Positions 52,651-64,000 of a stretch of 64,000 nucleotides of DNA are shown in pieces. Source of the stretch: Thalia democratica (Eukaryota). A program made the translations under genes and the position numbers. The stretch spans positions 66,960,001-67,024,000 of the forward strand of contig OZ241830.1 in the NCBI GenBank assembly GCA_965202585.1, written 5' to 3'. Numbering within the stretch: position 1 is the stretch's first letter; every line of letters begins with the position of its first letter. The notes under the pieces were generated by a model. That model searched no databases, had not been told where the DNA came from, and worked only from the letters and a program-made list of their open reading frames with translations.

Positions 52651-53278
52651 TTATACTTTGGGAGAAAATTGACCCTGAAAAAATTTTTATCTGTATGTTT
52701 GTATTAGAGAATTTTTACAAAAATTACATTTTCTCAACAGTTAAATGTTTTTTAATTCTGTAACAACTAACTTGTAATTTTTACTGAAAGCTAATGTTAT
52801 TTTTCTTAAAACATGTTTGACTCTCCCCCATTAACTTATAAAAACCAAGTGGAACCCTCAATCACCTTAAATAATAACTACATCATAAATTTCAAGTGTT
52901 TATTCTATAGGGTAACTTTGAAAATTAGGGGTCCAAGAAAGATTTCTTTATGATGTAAGCTAGCAAAAAACATTTTGTGATAAATATGGCCCACCAACTG
53001 TACAAGTTGCCCACACATACTATAAAAAGAATAAAAATATTAAACACTAAAAGCTATGGTGAGGTGATAATCTTTAATAAGATAAATCTGTTTTAGTACT
53101 ATGCCTTAAAAATTTCAACTTTGTAGAATTTCATATTTCATACCTATACTCATTTATTGTATTTTTTAGTAACAGGACATTATGAAAAAATTCAACAAAA
53201 ATGTATAAAAGCTTTTATGTGAAGTTTCTTATAAATAAAAAACACTCTATATTTCACTAGTTAATTGATCATTAAGAA

Positions 53279-53616
53279 CAGGGTTGCCACTTGTTTTTTT
53301 TTCCAGGTTTTCCAAATTTCTTCCAGGTTTTTAAAAGTACACATTGTTGGGTCTATTTTTAGTTTAAAGTTAAGTTTAAGGTAAGAAACTGTGTTAAATA
53401 GTATGAAAACTTTGAAAAGATACTATAAAGCTACTTTAAATATGTTTCTTAAAAAAATGTTTGATGATGATAATTTTTTTTTGTTTTGGTCAAATCGAAA
53501 TTTTACTACTGAACATGTGAAAATTGTTAAAATTTCAGGTTTTTTCATGTTTTTTTTTTTGCCTAAATTGTTAAACTCAAGGTTTTTCCAAGATTACAAG
53601 TAAAGTGGCAACCCTT
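53279..53616. mobile_element. MITE, CAGGGTTGCC-TIR family, 6-bp TSD TAAGAA
   Basis: cagggttgccactt...aagtggcaaccctt. TAAGAA at 53273-53278 and 53617-53622. Confidence 0.9.
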
Positions 53617-54374
53617 TAAGAAATACAGGACTGCCTTTCATTTTTAGGAAATTTCTTCCAGGTTTTCTGAGATTAGCGTCTTTTTGGATCACATTTTTCG
53701 AGATCACATTTTTGTTGAAAACAATTTTCTAGACAACATTTTTTAAGTGTTCCGTGATTGGCTTACTAAAAGGTTACTAAAGGTTAAAGTTAAATTTATT
53801 TTATACTTACAAAAAAATATATGATATGTAAGCAAGTTAAAATAAATATTACGATTTTCACGTTAATAGAAAAGTAAACAAAACAAAATTTAGATAATCA
53901 GCAAAAGATATTTTATTAAATAAAAATTACAAAAAATAAATTAAAATAAATAAAAATAAATAAATAAATTAAAATACACCTTCAGAAAAGAAAAAAAAAA
54001 TCAATAGAAAATATTATATATGAAAACCTGAAAAATATTTTAATAAAATAGTAACAAGTTTAAGAATAGTTATTAAAACCAAAATACTAAATAATAAAAA
54101 TTATGTTAATGATATAAAAGTTTAAAACCATTCTTTTATAAGTTTAGGTAATAAACCAATTTATATCAATCTAAAAATTTATTAACAAAGAAAAAGAAAA
54201 TATAATCATATTAAAATTTTATGCCATTTAATTATAAAACTATATATATCTACATAAAAAAAAATTATTCGTGGAATGTATAGAAGTTATGTTTAAAACG
54301 TAACGTGTATCATTTACTAATCGACCGTTTGAAACTTATCATCAAAAACATTCATTTGGTTGTAATAAACAGTC

Positions 54375-57300
54375 TAGTACCAGTACAAATCTGACTGATT
54401 CATTTCTCAATATAAATAACTGAAACTTTGCAAATATGTAATTTAGGGGTATCTCTTGGTACCGCTATATTTTTATGCATCTAGCTTAAATATTTTTAAA
54501 GCTGTGACCGCCTGAAATTTACCTTAAATAAACACAGTCGGTTGACTTTTAAAAAGACAACTTAGTACTGCTGGACCTCTAACTCCTTTATTTGTCAATA
54601 AAAACATATTAAACTTTGCCAATATGTTCTCTTATGTTTTCACTTGGTTAAAATTATTTATCTCATTTCTAACATGTTCGGTTTTGAAAATATGATTTGA
54701 CCAAATAAATCAGCAAAATTGTTGTAAATTCCGTATAAAAACACGTTCATTTTATTAAAAACAAAACAACGTAGTACCAGTACAAATCTGACTGACTCAT
54801 TTCTCAATATAAATAACTGAAACTTTGCAAATATGTGATTTAGGGGTATCTCTTGGTACCGCTATATTTTTATGCATCTAGCTTAAATATTTTTTAAAGC
54901 TGTGACCGCCTGAAGTTTACCTTAAATAAACACAGTCGGTTGACTTTTAAAAAGACAACTTAGTACTGCTGGACCTCTAACTCCTTTATTTGTCAATAAA
55001 AACATATTAAACTTTGCCAACATGTTATCTTATGTTTTCACTTGGTTGAAATTAATTATCTCATTTCTAACATGTTCGGTTTTGAAAATATGATTTGACC
55101 AAATAAATCAGCAAAATTGTTGTAAATTCCGTATAAAAACACGTTCATTTTATTAAAAACAAAACAACGTAGTACCAGTACAAATCTGACTGACTCATTT
55201 CTCAATATAAATAACTGAAACTTTGCAAATATGTAATTTAGGGGTATCTCTTGGTACCGCTATATTTTTATGCATCTAGCTTAAATATTTTTAAAAGCTG
55301 TGACCGCCTGAAATTTACCTTAAATAAACACAGTCGGTTGACTTTTAAAAAGACAACTTAGTACTGCTGGACCTCTAACTCCTTTATTTGTCAATAAAAA
55401 CATATTAAACTTTGCCAATATGTTCTCTTATGTTTTCACTTGGTTAAAATTATTTATCTCATTTCTAACATGTTCGGTTTTGAAAATATGATTTGACCAA
55501 ATAAATCAGCAAAATTGTTGTAAATTCCGTATAAAAACACGTTCATTTTATTAAAAACAAAACAACGTAGTACCAGTACAAATCTGACTGACTCATTTTT
55601 CAATATAAATAACTGAAACTTTGCAAATATGTAATTTAGGGGTATCTCTTGGTACCGCTATATTTTTATGCATCTAGCTTAAATATTTTTAAAGCTGTGG
55701 CCGCCTGAAGTTTACCTTAAATAAACACAGTCGGTTGACTTTTAAAAAGACAACTTAATACTGCTGGACCTCTAACTCCTTTATTTGTCAATAAAAACAT
55801 ATTAAACTTTGCCAATATGTTATCTTATGTTTTCATTTGGTTGAAATTAATTATCTCATTTCTAACATGTTCGGTTTTGAAAATATGATTTGACCAAATA
55901 AATCAGCAAAATTGTTGTAAATTCCGTATAAAAACACGTTCATTTTATTAAAAACAAAACAACGTAGTACCAGTACAAATCTGACTGACTCATTTCTCAA
56001 TATAAATAACTGAAACTTTGCAAATATGTAATTTAGGGGTATCTCTTGGTACCGCTATATTTTTATGCATCTAGCTTAAATATTTTTAAAGCTGTGACCG
56101 CCTGAAATTTACCTTAAATAAACACAGTCGGTTGACTTTTAAAAAGACAACTTAGTACTGCTGGACCTCTAACTCCTTTATTTGTCAATAAAAACATATT
56201 AAACTTTGCCAATATGTTATCTTATGTTTTCACTTGGTTGAAATTAATTATCTCATTTCTAACATGTTCGGTTTTGAAAATATGATTTGACCAAATAAAT
56301 CAGCAAAATTGTTGTGAATTCCGTATAAAAACACGTTCATTTTATTAAAAACAAAACAACGTAGTACCAGTACAAATCTGACTGACTCATTTCTCAATAT
56401 AAATAACTGAAACTTTGCAAATATGTAATTTAGGGGTATCTCTTGGTACCGCTATATTTTTATGCATCTAGCTTAAATATTTTTAAAGCTGTGACCGCCT
56501 GAAATTTACCTTAAATAAACACAGTCGGTTGACTTTTAAAAAGACAACTTAGTACTGCTGGACCTCTAACTCCTTTATTTGTCAATAAAAACATATTAAA
56601 CTTTGCCAATATGTTCTCTTATGTTTTCACTTGGTTAAAATTATTTATCTCATTTCTAACATGTTCGGTTTTGAAAATATGATTTGACCAAATAAATCAG
56701 CAAAATTGTTGTAAATTCCGTATAAAAACACGTTCATTTTATTAAAAACAAAACAACGTAGTACTAGTACAAATCTGACTGACTCATTTCTCAATATAAA
56801 TAACTGAAACTTTGCAAATATGTAATTTAGGGGTATCTCTTGGTACCGCTATATTTTTATGCATCTAGCTTAAATATTTTTAAAGCTGTGGCCGCCTGAA
56901 GTTTACCTTAAATAAACACAGTCGGTTGACTTTTAAAAAGACAACTTAGTACTGCTGGACCTCTAACTCCTTTATTTGTCAATAAAAACATATTAAACTT
57001 TGCCAATATGTTATCTTATGTTTTCATTTGGTTGAAATTAATTATCTCATTTCTAACATGTTCGGTTTTGAAAATATGATTTGACCAAATAAATCAGCAA
57101 AATTGTTGTAAATTCCGTATAAAAACACGTTCATTTTATTAAAAACAAAACAACGTAGTACCAGTACAAATCTGACTGACTCATTTCTCAATATAAATAA
57201 CTGAAACTTTGCAAATATGTAATTTAGGGGTATCTCTTGGTACCGCTATATTTTTATGCATCTAGCTTAAATATTTTTAAAGCTGTGACCGCCTGAAATT

Positions 57301-58666
57301 TACCTTAAATAAACACAGTCGGTTGACTTTTAAAAAGACAACTTAGTACTGCTGGACCTCTAACTCCTTTATTTGTCAATAAAAACATATTAAACTTTGC
57401 CAATATGTTATCTTATGTTTTCACTTGGTTGAAATTAATTATCTCATTTCTAACATGTTCGGTTTTGAAAATATGATTTGACCAAATAAATCAGCAAAAT
57501 TGTTGTAAATTCCGTATAAAAACACGTTCATTTTATTAAAAACAAAACAACGTAGTACCAGTACAAATCTGACTGACTCATTTCTCAATATAAATAACTG
57601 AAACTTTGCAAATATGTAATTTAGGGGTATCTCTTAGTACCGCTATATTTTTATGCATCTAGCTTAAATATTTTTAAAGCTGTGACCGCCTGAAGTTTAC
57701 CTCAAATAAACACAGTCGGTTGACTTTTAAAAAGACAACTTAGTACTGCTGGACCTCTAACTCCTTTATTTGTCAATAAAAACATATTAAACTTTGCCAA
57801 TATGTTATCTTATGTTTTCACTTGGTTGAAATTAATTATCTCATTTCTAACATGTTCGGTTTTGAAAATATGATTTGACCAAATAAATCAGCAAAATTGT
57901 TGTAAATTCCGTATAAAAACACGTTCATTTTATTAAAAACAAAACAACGTAGTACCAGTACAAATCTGACTGACTCATTTCTCAATATAAATAACTGAAA
58001 CTTTGCAAATATGTAATTTAGGGGTATCTCTTGGTACCGCTATATTTTTATGCATCTAGCTTAAATATTTTTAAAGCTGTGACCGCCTGAAATTTACCTT
58101 AAATAAACACAGTCGGTTGACTTTTAAAAAGACAACTTAGTACTGCTGGACCTCTAACTCCTTTATTTGTCAATAAAAACATATTAAACTTTGCCAATAT
58201 GTTCTCTTATGTTTTCACTTGGTTAAAATTATTTATCTCATTTCTAACATGTTCGGTTTTGAAAATATGATTTGACCAAATAAATCAGCAAAATTGTTGT
58301 AAATTCCGTATAAAAACACGTTCATTTTATTAAAAACAAAACAACGTAGTACCAGTACAAATCTGACTGACTCATTTCTCAATATAAATAACTGAAACTT
58401 TGCAAATATGTAATTTAGGGGTATCTCTTGGTACCGCTATATTTTTATGCATCTAGCTTAAATATTTTTAAAGCTGTGACCGCCTGAAATTTACCTTAAA
58501 TAAACACAGTCGGTTGACTTTTAAAAAGACAACTTAGTACTGCTGGACCTCTAACTCCTTTATTTGTCAATAAAAACATATTAAACTTTGCCAATATGTT
58601 CTCTTATGTTTTCACTTGGTTGAAATTAATTATCTCATTTCTAACATGTTCGGTTTTAAAAATATT
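54375..58666 (+). repeat. Tandem array of a 397-398 bp satellite, about 10.8 highly similar units
   Basis: Unit starts (tagtacc/tagtacaaatc) at 54375, 54772, 55170, 55568, 55965, 56362, 56759, 57156, 57553, 57950, 58347. Confidence 0.97.
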
Positions 58667-58789
58667 ATCATATAATATATTACCATACGAAAAATCATGT
58701 TAATACAAGTTGATAACAACTTTTTTTTTAAATTTAGTTAATAGTATATAATTTATCTTTATAATAAGAAAAATATTTTTAGGACCATT

Positions 58790-59620
58790 ATAAAAAGTTG
58801 CTATTTGTCAAAGAATATTACTAAAAATTGTTTATTTTTAAGTATTTATTATGATTTTTATTTAAAAAACGAACAAAACATAAAGTTTAAAAGCTTTTTA
58901 ACAACACGCTTAGTTGATTTATAACTCCTGAAATTTTCGAGTTATATTACAATTGCCTTTAGAACAATAAAAGAACAGTATTTCAAAGAAAAATACAAAA
59001 TATTGCAATTTTTCAAATTGCTTAATTAAAAATGGATTATTACAACTTGTTTACTTATTAAATCAGTAAAAAAAAGTTTAAAGACCATCCAAAAACTTGC
59101 TTAGTTGATCTATAACTTCTTGACATTTTCGAGCTACATTAAAATTGAATTTAGAACAACAAATGAACAGTATTTCAAAAAAAATATATATTAAATATTG
59201 CAATTTTTCAAAGAATATAACTAAAAATGGCTTATTTAAAAGAAGTTATTATGATTTTTCACTTAATAAATGAGTAAAAAAGGTTTAAAAACCATTTTAA
59301 AACACGTTTAATTGACTTTTAACTCTTTGATTTTTTTCTGAGCTTTGTTACAACTACCTTTAAAACATATCAAAAGAACAGTATTTTAAGAACAATTTAA
59401 AAAGTTGCATTATGTCAAAGTAAATTATCAAACAATGCTTATTTTAGAATAATATTTATGTTTTTTTTTACTTAAAAAATGAGTAAAAAAGCTGTACAAA
59501 CTGTTGAAAAACACGAATAATTGAATCAAACTCTTTTGAACTTTTTGAGCTACTTAAAAATAACCTTTAGAACGATAAAAGGACAAAAATTTAAGAACAA
59601 TATAAAAAAATGCAATACTT
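58790..59620 (+). repeat. About 4 old, diverged tandem units of about 190-210 bp
   Basis: The recurring block ttagttgat..aactc..ttttcgagct..tttagaacaa..gaacagtattt..ttgcaatttttcaaa appears near 58975, 59165, 59375 and 59580. Confidence 0.7.
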
Positions 59621-59664
59621 TAATGAAAGTTATATAAATGATTGATTATATAACATATGCTTAA

Positions 59665-62600
59665 TTAATGATTTAATTTCCCTACACACATAGAACAAAA
59701 GAATGATTCAGTTTTCTTAAGCCTTCTGGATATTTTTAGACACCTATCATGGAACCATCTTCCACATTTTTCTTCTTCGCATCCCGTCTGTAAAAGCAGA
59801 AAAGTTAAAGAATATAAAATAAGAAATAATTTATTATTTTTACATAGTGCTTAAGCTAAACATACCCATACATCGTTTTTTCTCCTACAATGTCCAGTTT
59901 CTTCGACCAGTTTTTTTCCGCATATGTAACAACATTCACTAGGAGGCCCTTAATTGTTATATTTGCTTGTTATATTGTATAAATTTTTATATAATCTTTA
60001 AGATCTTTACGAACAAACCTCCTACTTCTAGAAGCTTGTTTGCTATATCCTTGCGAATAACATCAGATGGCTTAACCTTAATATGTCTCACCGCTTCATT
60101 TGCCAATAAATGTGTTGCTAACTATTAATATGCATATTTCTTTAATAAATAAGTATAATAAATAACTATTAATTATTTGTATGCGTAACTAACCTGTAGC
60201 ATAACAACTTTTGAATTTATGGTCTCTATCGTTTCGAGGGAATCATGCGTAGTCTGAATGTAGTTTAACGTTTCTTTCATTAATTGACAAAGGTAATTCT
60301 CAAGACGTTGGTTTTCATTTTCAGATAGTTGAATTTCAATTTTTGTCCATGTTTTTTCGTCCATGTTTATAAACTAAAACAAATAAGTTAGTTTTATAGT
60401 GTATGTCAAACAAGCTACAAATAAATTACTGATTTATTTTTTAACAATCAAAAATTTACCAAAAAATACTATTTATTTGCTTACCAAAAACTTTGTAACT
60501 TTTCCTTTAAAAACAAAAAAAACTTTTTTTAAATGTTTTAAACTGGTTAACTCCTCGTCTGTAATAACTGTTTCAAAATCAAGATCGTCTAGACTTTTTT
60601 CGTCAATAAAGATTGTTGCTGTCTCTAAAACAATATTTTATCTTTTATTTGAACTGATTTGTTTACATAAATCATCAAAAACTAACCATTGGGATGAAAC
60701 AGCTTCATGTAAAACAGCCAAGTATCATTCGTCATTTCATTGTTAGGTTTTAATGAACAAAAGTCTTTATGCGATAAAACCAACTTTTCGTTTTTCTCAG
60801 CTGTGCACGCTAATACTTTAATGCAAGGTTTCAAATTCCACAGATAGTTTCTCTGTTATAGAGATTAAAGATAAAAATTTCTTTACTTTCTATAAATATT
60901 AAAAAAAACTTTAGTAACTAACGTCTTTGATTAGTTGATACAATTTAGCAGCATCAGTCGTATTTCCCTCCAAGGAGATGGAAGTAAGTACCTTTTGAAT
61001 AGTTTAAGTCATTAAATCTAGATTTTAAAACTTTGACTATTAAGTATTTACAATAACCTTTTGATCTTGTTTATAGAACGACTTGATATTTTTAGCATTT
61101 CGTTTTGTTTTTGTTTTGCATAAAGAAATTCCATCAATTGCTACTGCTGAATCTGTTTTACTCAGTTGTCTTTCGTTTTTTGTAGCGTTTCTCCAGTTAA
61201 TATGATGATTATCAATATACAAATTTTCATTGAACCTTTCATATGAAAAAATTAAATTAGTTTGTTCTAACTATTTGAAAAATACATATAACAAGTTTTT
61301 ACCTGAATTGATCACGGGCAAGCCGAAGAAAATTTCCAATTTCCCAAACTCCTGATCTTTTTCTGAAGTCATTTAATGCTTCTTCCTCTCTTTCAGGATG
61401 GGCTAGCTGGTGTTTTTTCAAGTTAGAAAAAAGAGCTTCAGCTGCCTGATTATTTTGTAAAAACTCTTTTTCACCAATTATTTTTAACATGATTCCTGTC
61501 CATAACGGTATTATAGGAGCCCATTGTTTTAAAAAATATTCAATGAAAAGTTTACAATATAAATCATTCAGAGGCAATGTTTGTTGTTTTGAATCGTTAT
61601 TCTTGATGGATTTTTCAACATCCTTTCGAATAATCTACAGAAGTATTAAATTAATAAATTAAACGTCCAATCTAAACACTTAAGTTTCAGTAAAAAAAAG
61701 AAAGTGCATTGACAACTTTTAAAAGCTTAATCAAACTTTTTTCAAATAAAAACCATCAAATCTTTTCTAAATTGAGATGTGTAAATAATCTCCTCTTCCA
61801 AATCATCAATCTCTTCTAAATATTTTGTGATTTGATTTTGATCGAATGTTTTTTCTACAAGTTCGTTCACTGCTTCGCTAAACATTATTTAGAATATTTT
61901 AGATATACTACTACTAGATCATATTATATAAATTTACTTACTCGTTATCTAGTAGACTGTTTAGGAGTTTTAAGTTTCCTCTAACTTCCTCTGTTACATC
62001 TATAAAAGGATAAATCATTAATTCAAAACCTTTGACTTTAACTAAATAATATTATTTGTTTATTACTTACATTTATTTAAGGTAATCGTACAAATAAGCT
62101 TGAAGATATATTGCACTTTTTCATAAGTTTCTGATGTTACCATCCTACAGCAAGATGTCATCAAAAGCTTTTTTAAATCTCCTTTGTATTTTTTTCCGAT
62201 TTTTCTGTCGCACCATCGTTTGAAACTATGCATCATATGAGATCCGCACAGATGGATTGTGCAATCTATGCAGCTGTCGAACAGGTCTTTTTGCAATTTT
62301 TCTGTTAATAGGTTTAACTATTTTTACTACAAATCATAGAAACCACTGTTATTAAAGCTTTAATTCTTAAAAAAAAATTAACTAACGCTCGCTGGTAACT
62401 ACTGAATGTACGAAGAATAAATAATTTTTTAGACTTGTGCCATTGAATTCTTCTGCCGCGGAGTGAATTATTGGCAGACTACAATCACACTCAACTCTTT
62501 TAAAAGACTTACCTAAGTTTTAAACACTTGATAATAAATTAATCTTTATTTTATTCCAAATAGTGTAATGCGATAAAACCTACCTCCTGATATTTTTTTG

Positions 62601-62710
62601 AAGTCTCTTTTTAAAAGAGACATCCAGCACTTGTAGTTATGTTTGTCTGTGTGTACAGAAATCATATCACTTACTACAAGACATGGTGTGTTTTTCGATT
62701 TAACCGTCTC
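59665..62710 (-). mobile_element. Multi-exon Mutator/Foldback-type transposase gene with Ulp1-like and C-terminal PHD regions (N-terminus not found)
   Basis: GT-AG exons reading VSDMISVHTDK..CWMSLL, VECDCSLPIIHS..FNG.SL..YL, IHLCGSHMMHSF (CxxH), LYCKLFIEYFLKQWAPIIPLWTG...NNQAAEALFS, KDFCSLKPNNEMTNDTWLFYMKL (Ulp1-like), then CYICG and GCEEEKCGRWFHDRC...FFCSMC* (PHD). Confidence 0.75.
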
Positions 62711-63321
62711 AATTTCTCAAATTAAGAAAATTCTGTGACCTTACTTCACATTTAAAAATTAAAACTGAAAATTTAATAGTTGTGCATAAAACCTTTATAT
62801 CATTTTTAGTTCTAAACTGTTGTGTTATTTTTGAAAAGTTTATGCATTCTACTATGCTTGATATAAAATTATAAAAGAATGTAAAACTAATTTCAATTAA
62901 TTATATCTTTTTATCTTACTATAAACAAAAAGAAAACAAACTTTTATTACTCTGTAAAAGGATATCAAATATTATTTGAATTAGAGAAACCTCGAAAGGT
63001 CATGTGTTATACTGATGCAAGTTAACATAATGAGAAAATAAAATGCAGACAAGATATTACTGATGTAATGTTGCAAAAGTTTAAAACGCTGCTTTACAAA
63101 CCAGCCATAGAAAGTATTGGGAGAATCTAGCCACAGCCTGCTGCAGTAAACATGTTATTCATGTTAAATAGACACTTTTAATATTAAATTGTGAAATTTA
63201 AAGTAAAGTTTTAACAATGTTACTTTTTATGTTCACTTTGAAATAAGTCCTAAGTATTTGAATGTTAATTTATTTTATACATACTTAAGTATATTGCTGT
63301 TAGAATGATTACTAAGTAAAG

Positions 63322-64000
63322 TTTAATAAAATGAACGTGTTTTTATACGGAATTTAAAACAATTTTGCTGATTTATTTGGTCAAATCATATTTTCAAAAC
63401 CGAACATGTTAGAAATGAGATAATTAATTTCAACCAAGTGAAAACATAAGAGAACATATTGGCAAAGTTTAATATGTTTTTATTGACAAATAAAGGAGTT
63501 AGAGGTCCAGCAGTACTAAGTTGTCTTTTTAAAAGTCAACCGACTGTGTTTATTTAAGGTAAACTTCAGGCGGTCACAGCTTTAAAAAATATTTAAGCTA
63601 GATGCATAAAAATATAGCGGTACCAAGATATACCCCTAAATTACATATTTGCAAAGTTTCAGTTATTTATATTGAGAAATGAGTCAGTCAGATTTGTACT
63701 AGTACTACGTTGTTTTGTTTTTAATAAAATGAACGTGTTTTTATACGGAATTTACAACAATTTTGCTGATTTATTTGGTCAAATCATATTTTCAAAACCG
63801 AACATGTTAGAAATGAGATAATTAATTTCAACCAAGTGAAAACATAAGATAACATATTGGCAAAGTTTAATATGTTTTTATTGACAAATAAAGGAGTTAG
63901 AGGTCCAGCAGTACTAAGTTGTCTTTTTAAAAGTCAACCGACTGTGTTTATTTAAGGTAAATTTCAGGTGGTCACTGCTTCAAAAATATTTAAGCTAGAT
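63322..64000 (-). repeat. Second array of the 397-bp satellite, inverted relative to the first, running off the window end
   Basis: Reverse complement of the 54375-58666 unit, about 1.7 units visible. Confidence 0.96.

Overview
Very AT-rich, intron-containing eukaryotic DNA, most likely an invertebrate animal; the taxon cannot be fixed from sequence alone. There are no prokaryotic features, CRISPR arrays, rRNA or tRNA. About 1-5 kb is transposon debris: a CR1/L2 LINE, a Gypsy tail, a MITE and a minimal hammerhead ribozyme motif. About 7.5-25 kb is a host gene island holding a spliced CK1-family kinase with one in-frame stop, a 4-exon claudin-like gene and a 3-exon Reeler-domain gene with a GPI-like tail. 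About 27-53 kb is a dense, nested transposon graveyard (hAT, Penelope-like, Gypsy, MULE, three MITE types). It also holds a 3.45-kb near-perfect Penelope-derived palindrome, an orphan Argonaute C-terminal exon and a decayed toti-like dsRNA virus RdRp (endogenous viral element). About 54-64 kb has two oppositely oriented arrays of a 397-bp satellite bracketing a spliced Mutator-type transposase with Ulp1-like and PHD domains, resembling a giant Foldback element. All translations, exon joins and counts were done by eye without tools. Boundaries of decayed elements are approximate.
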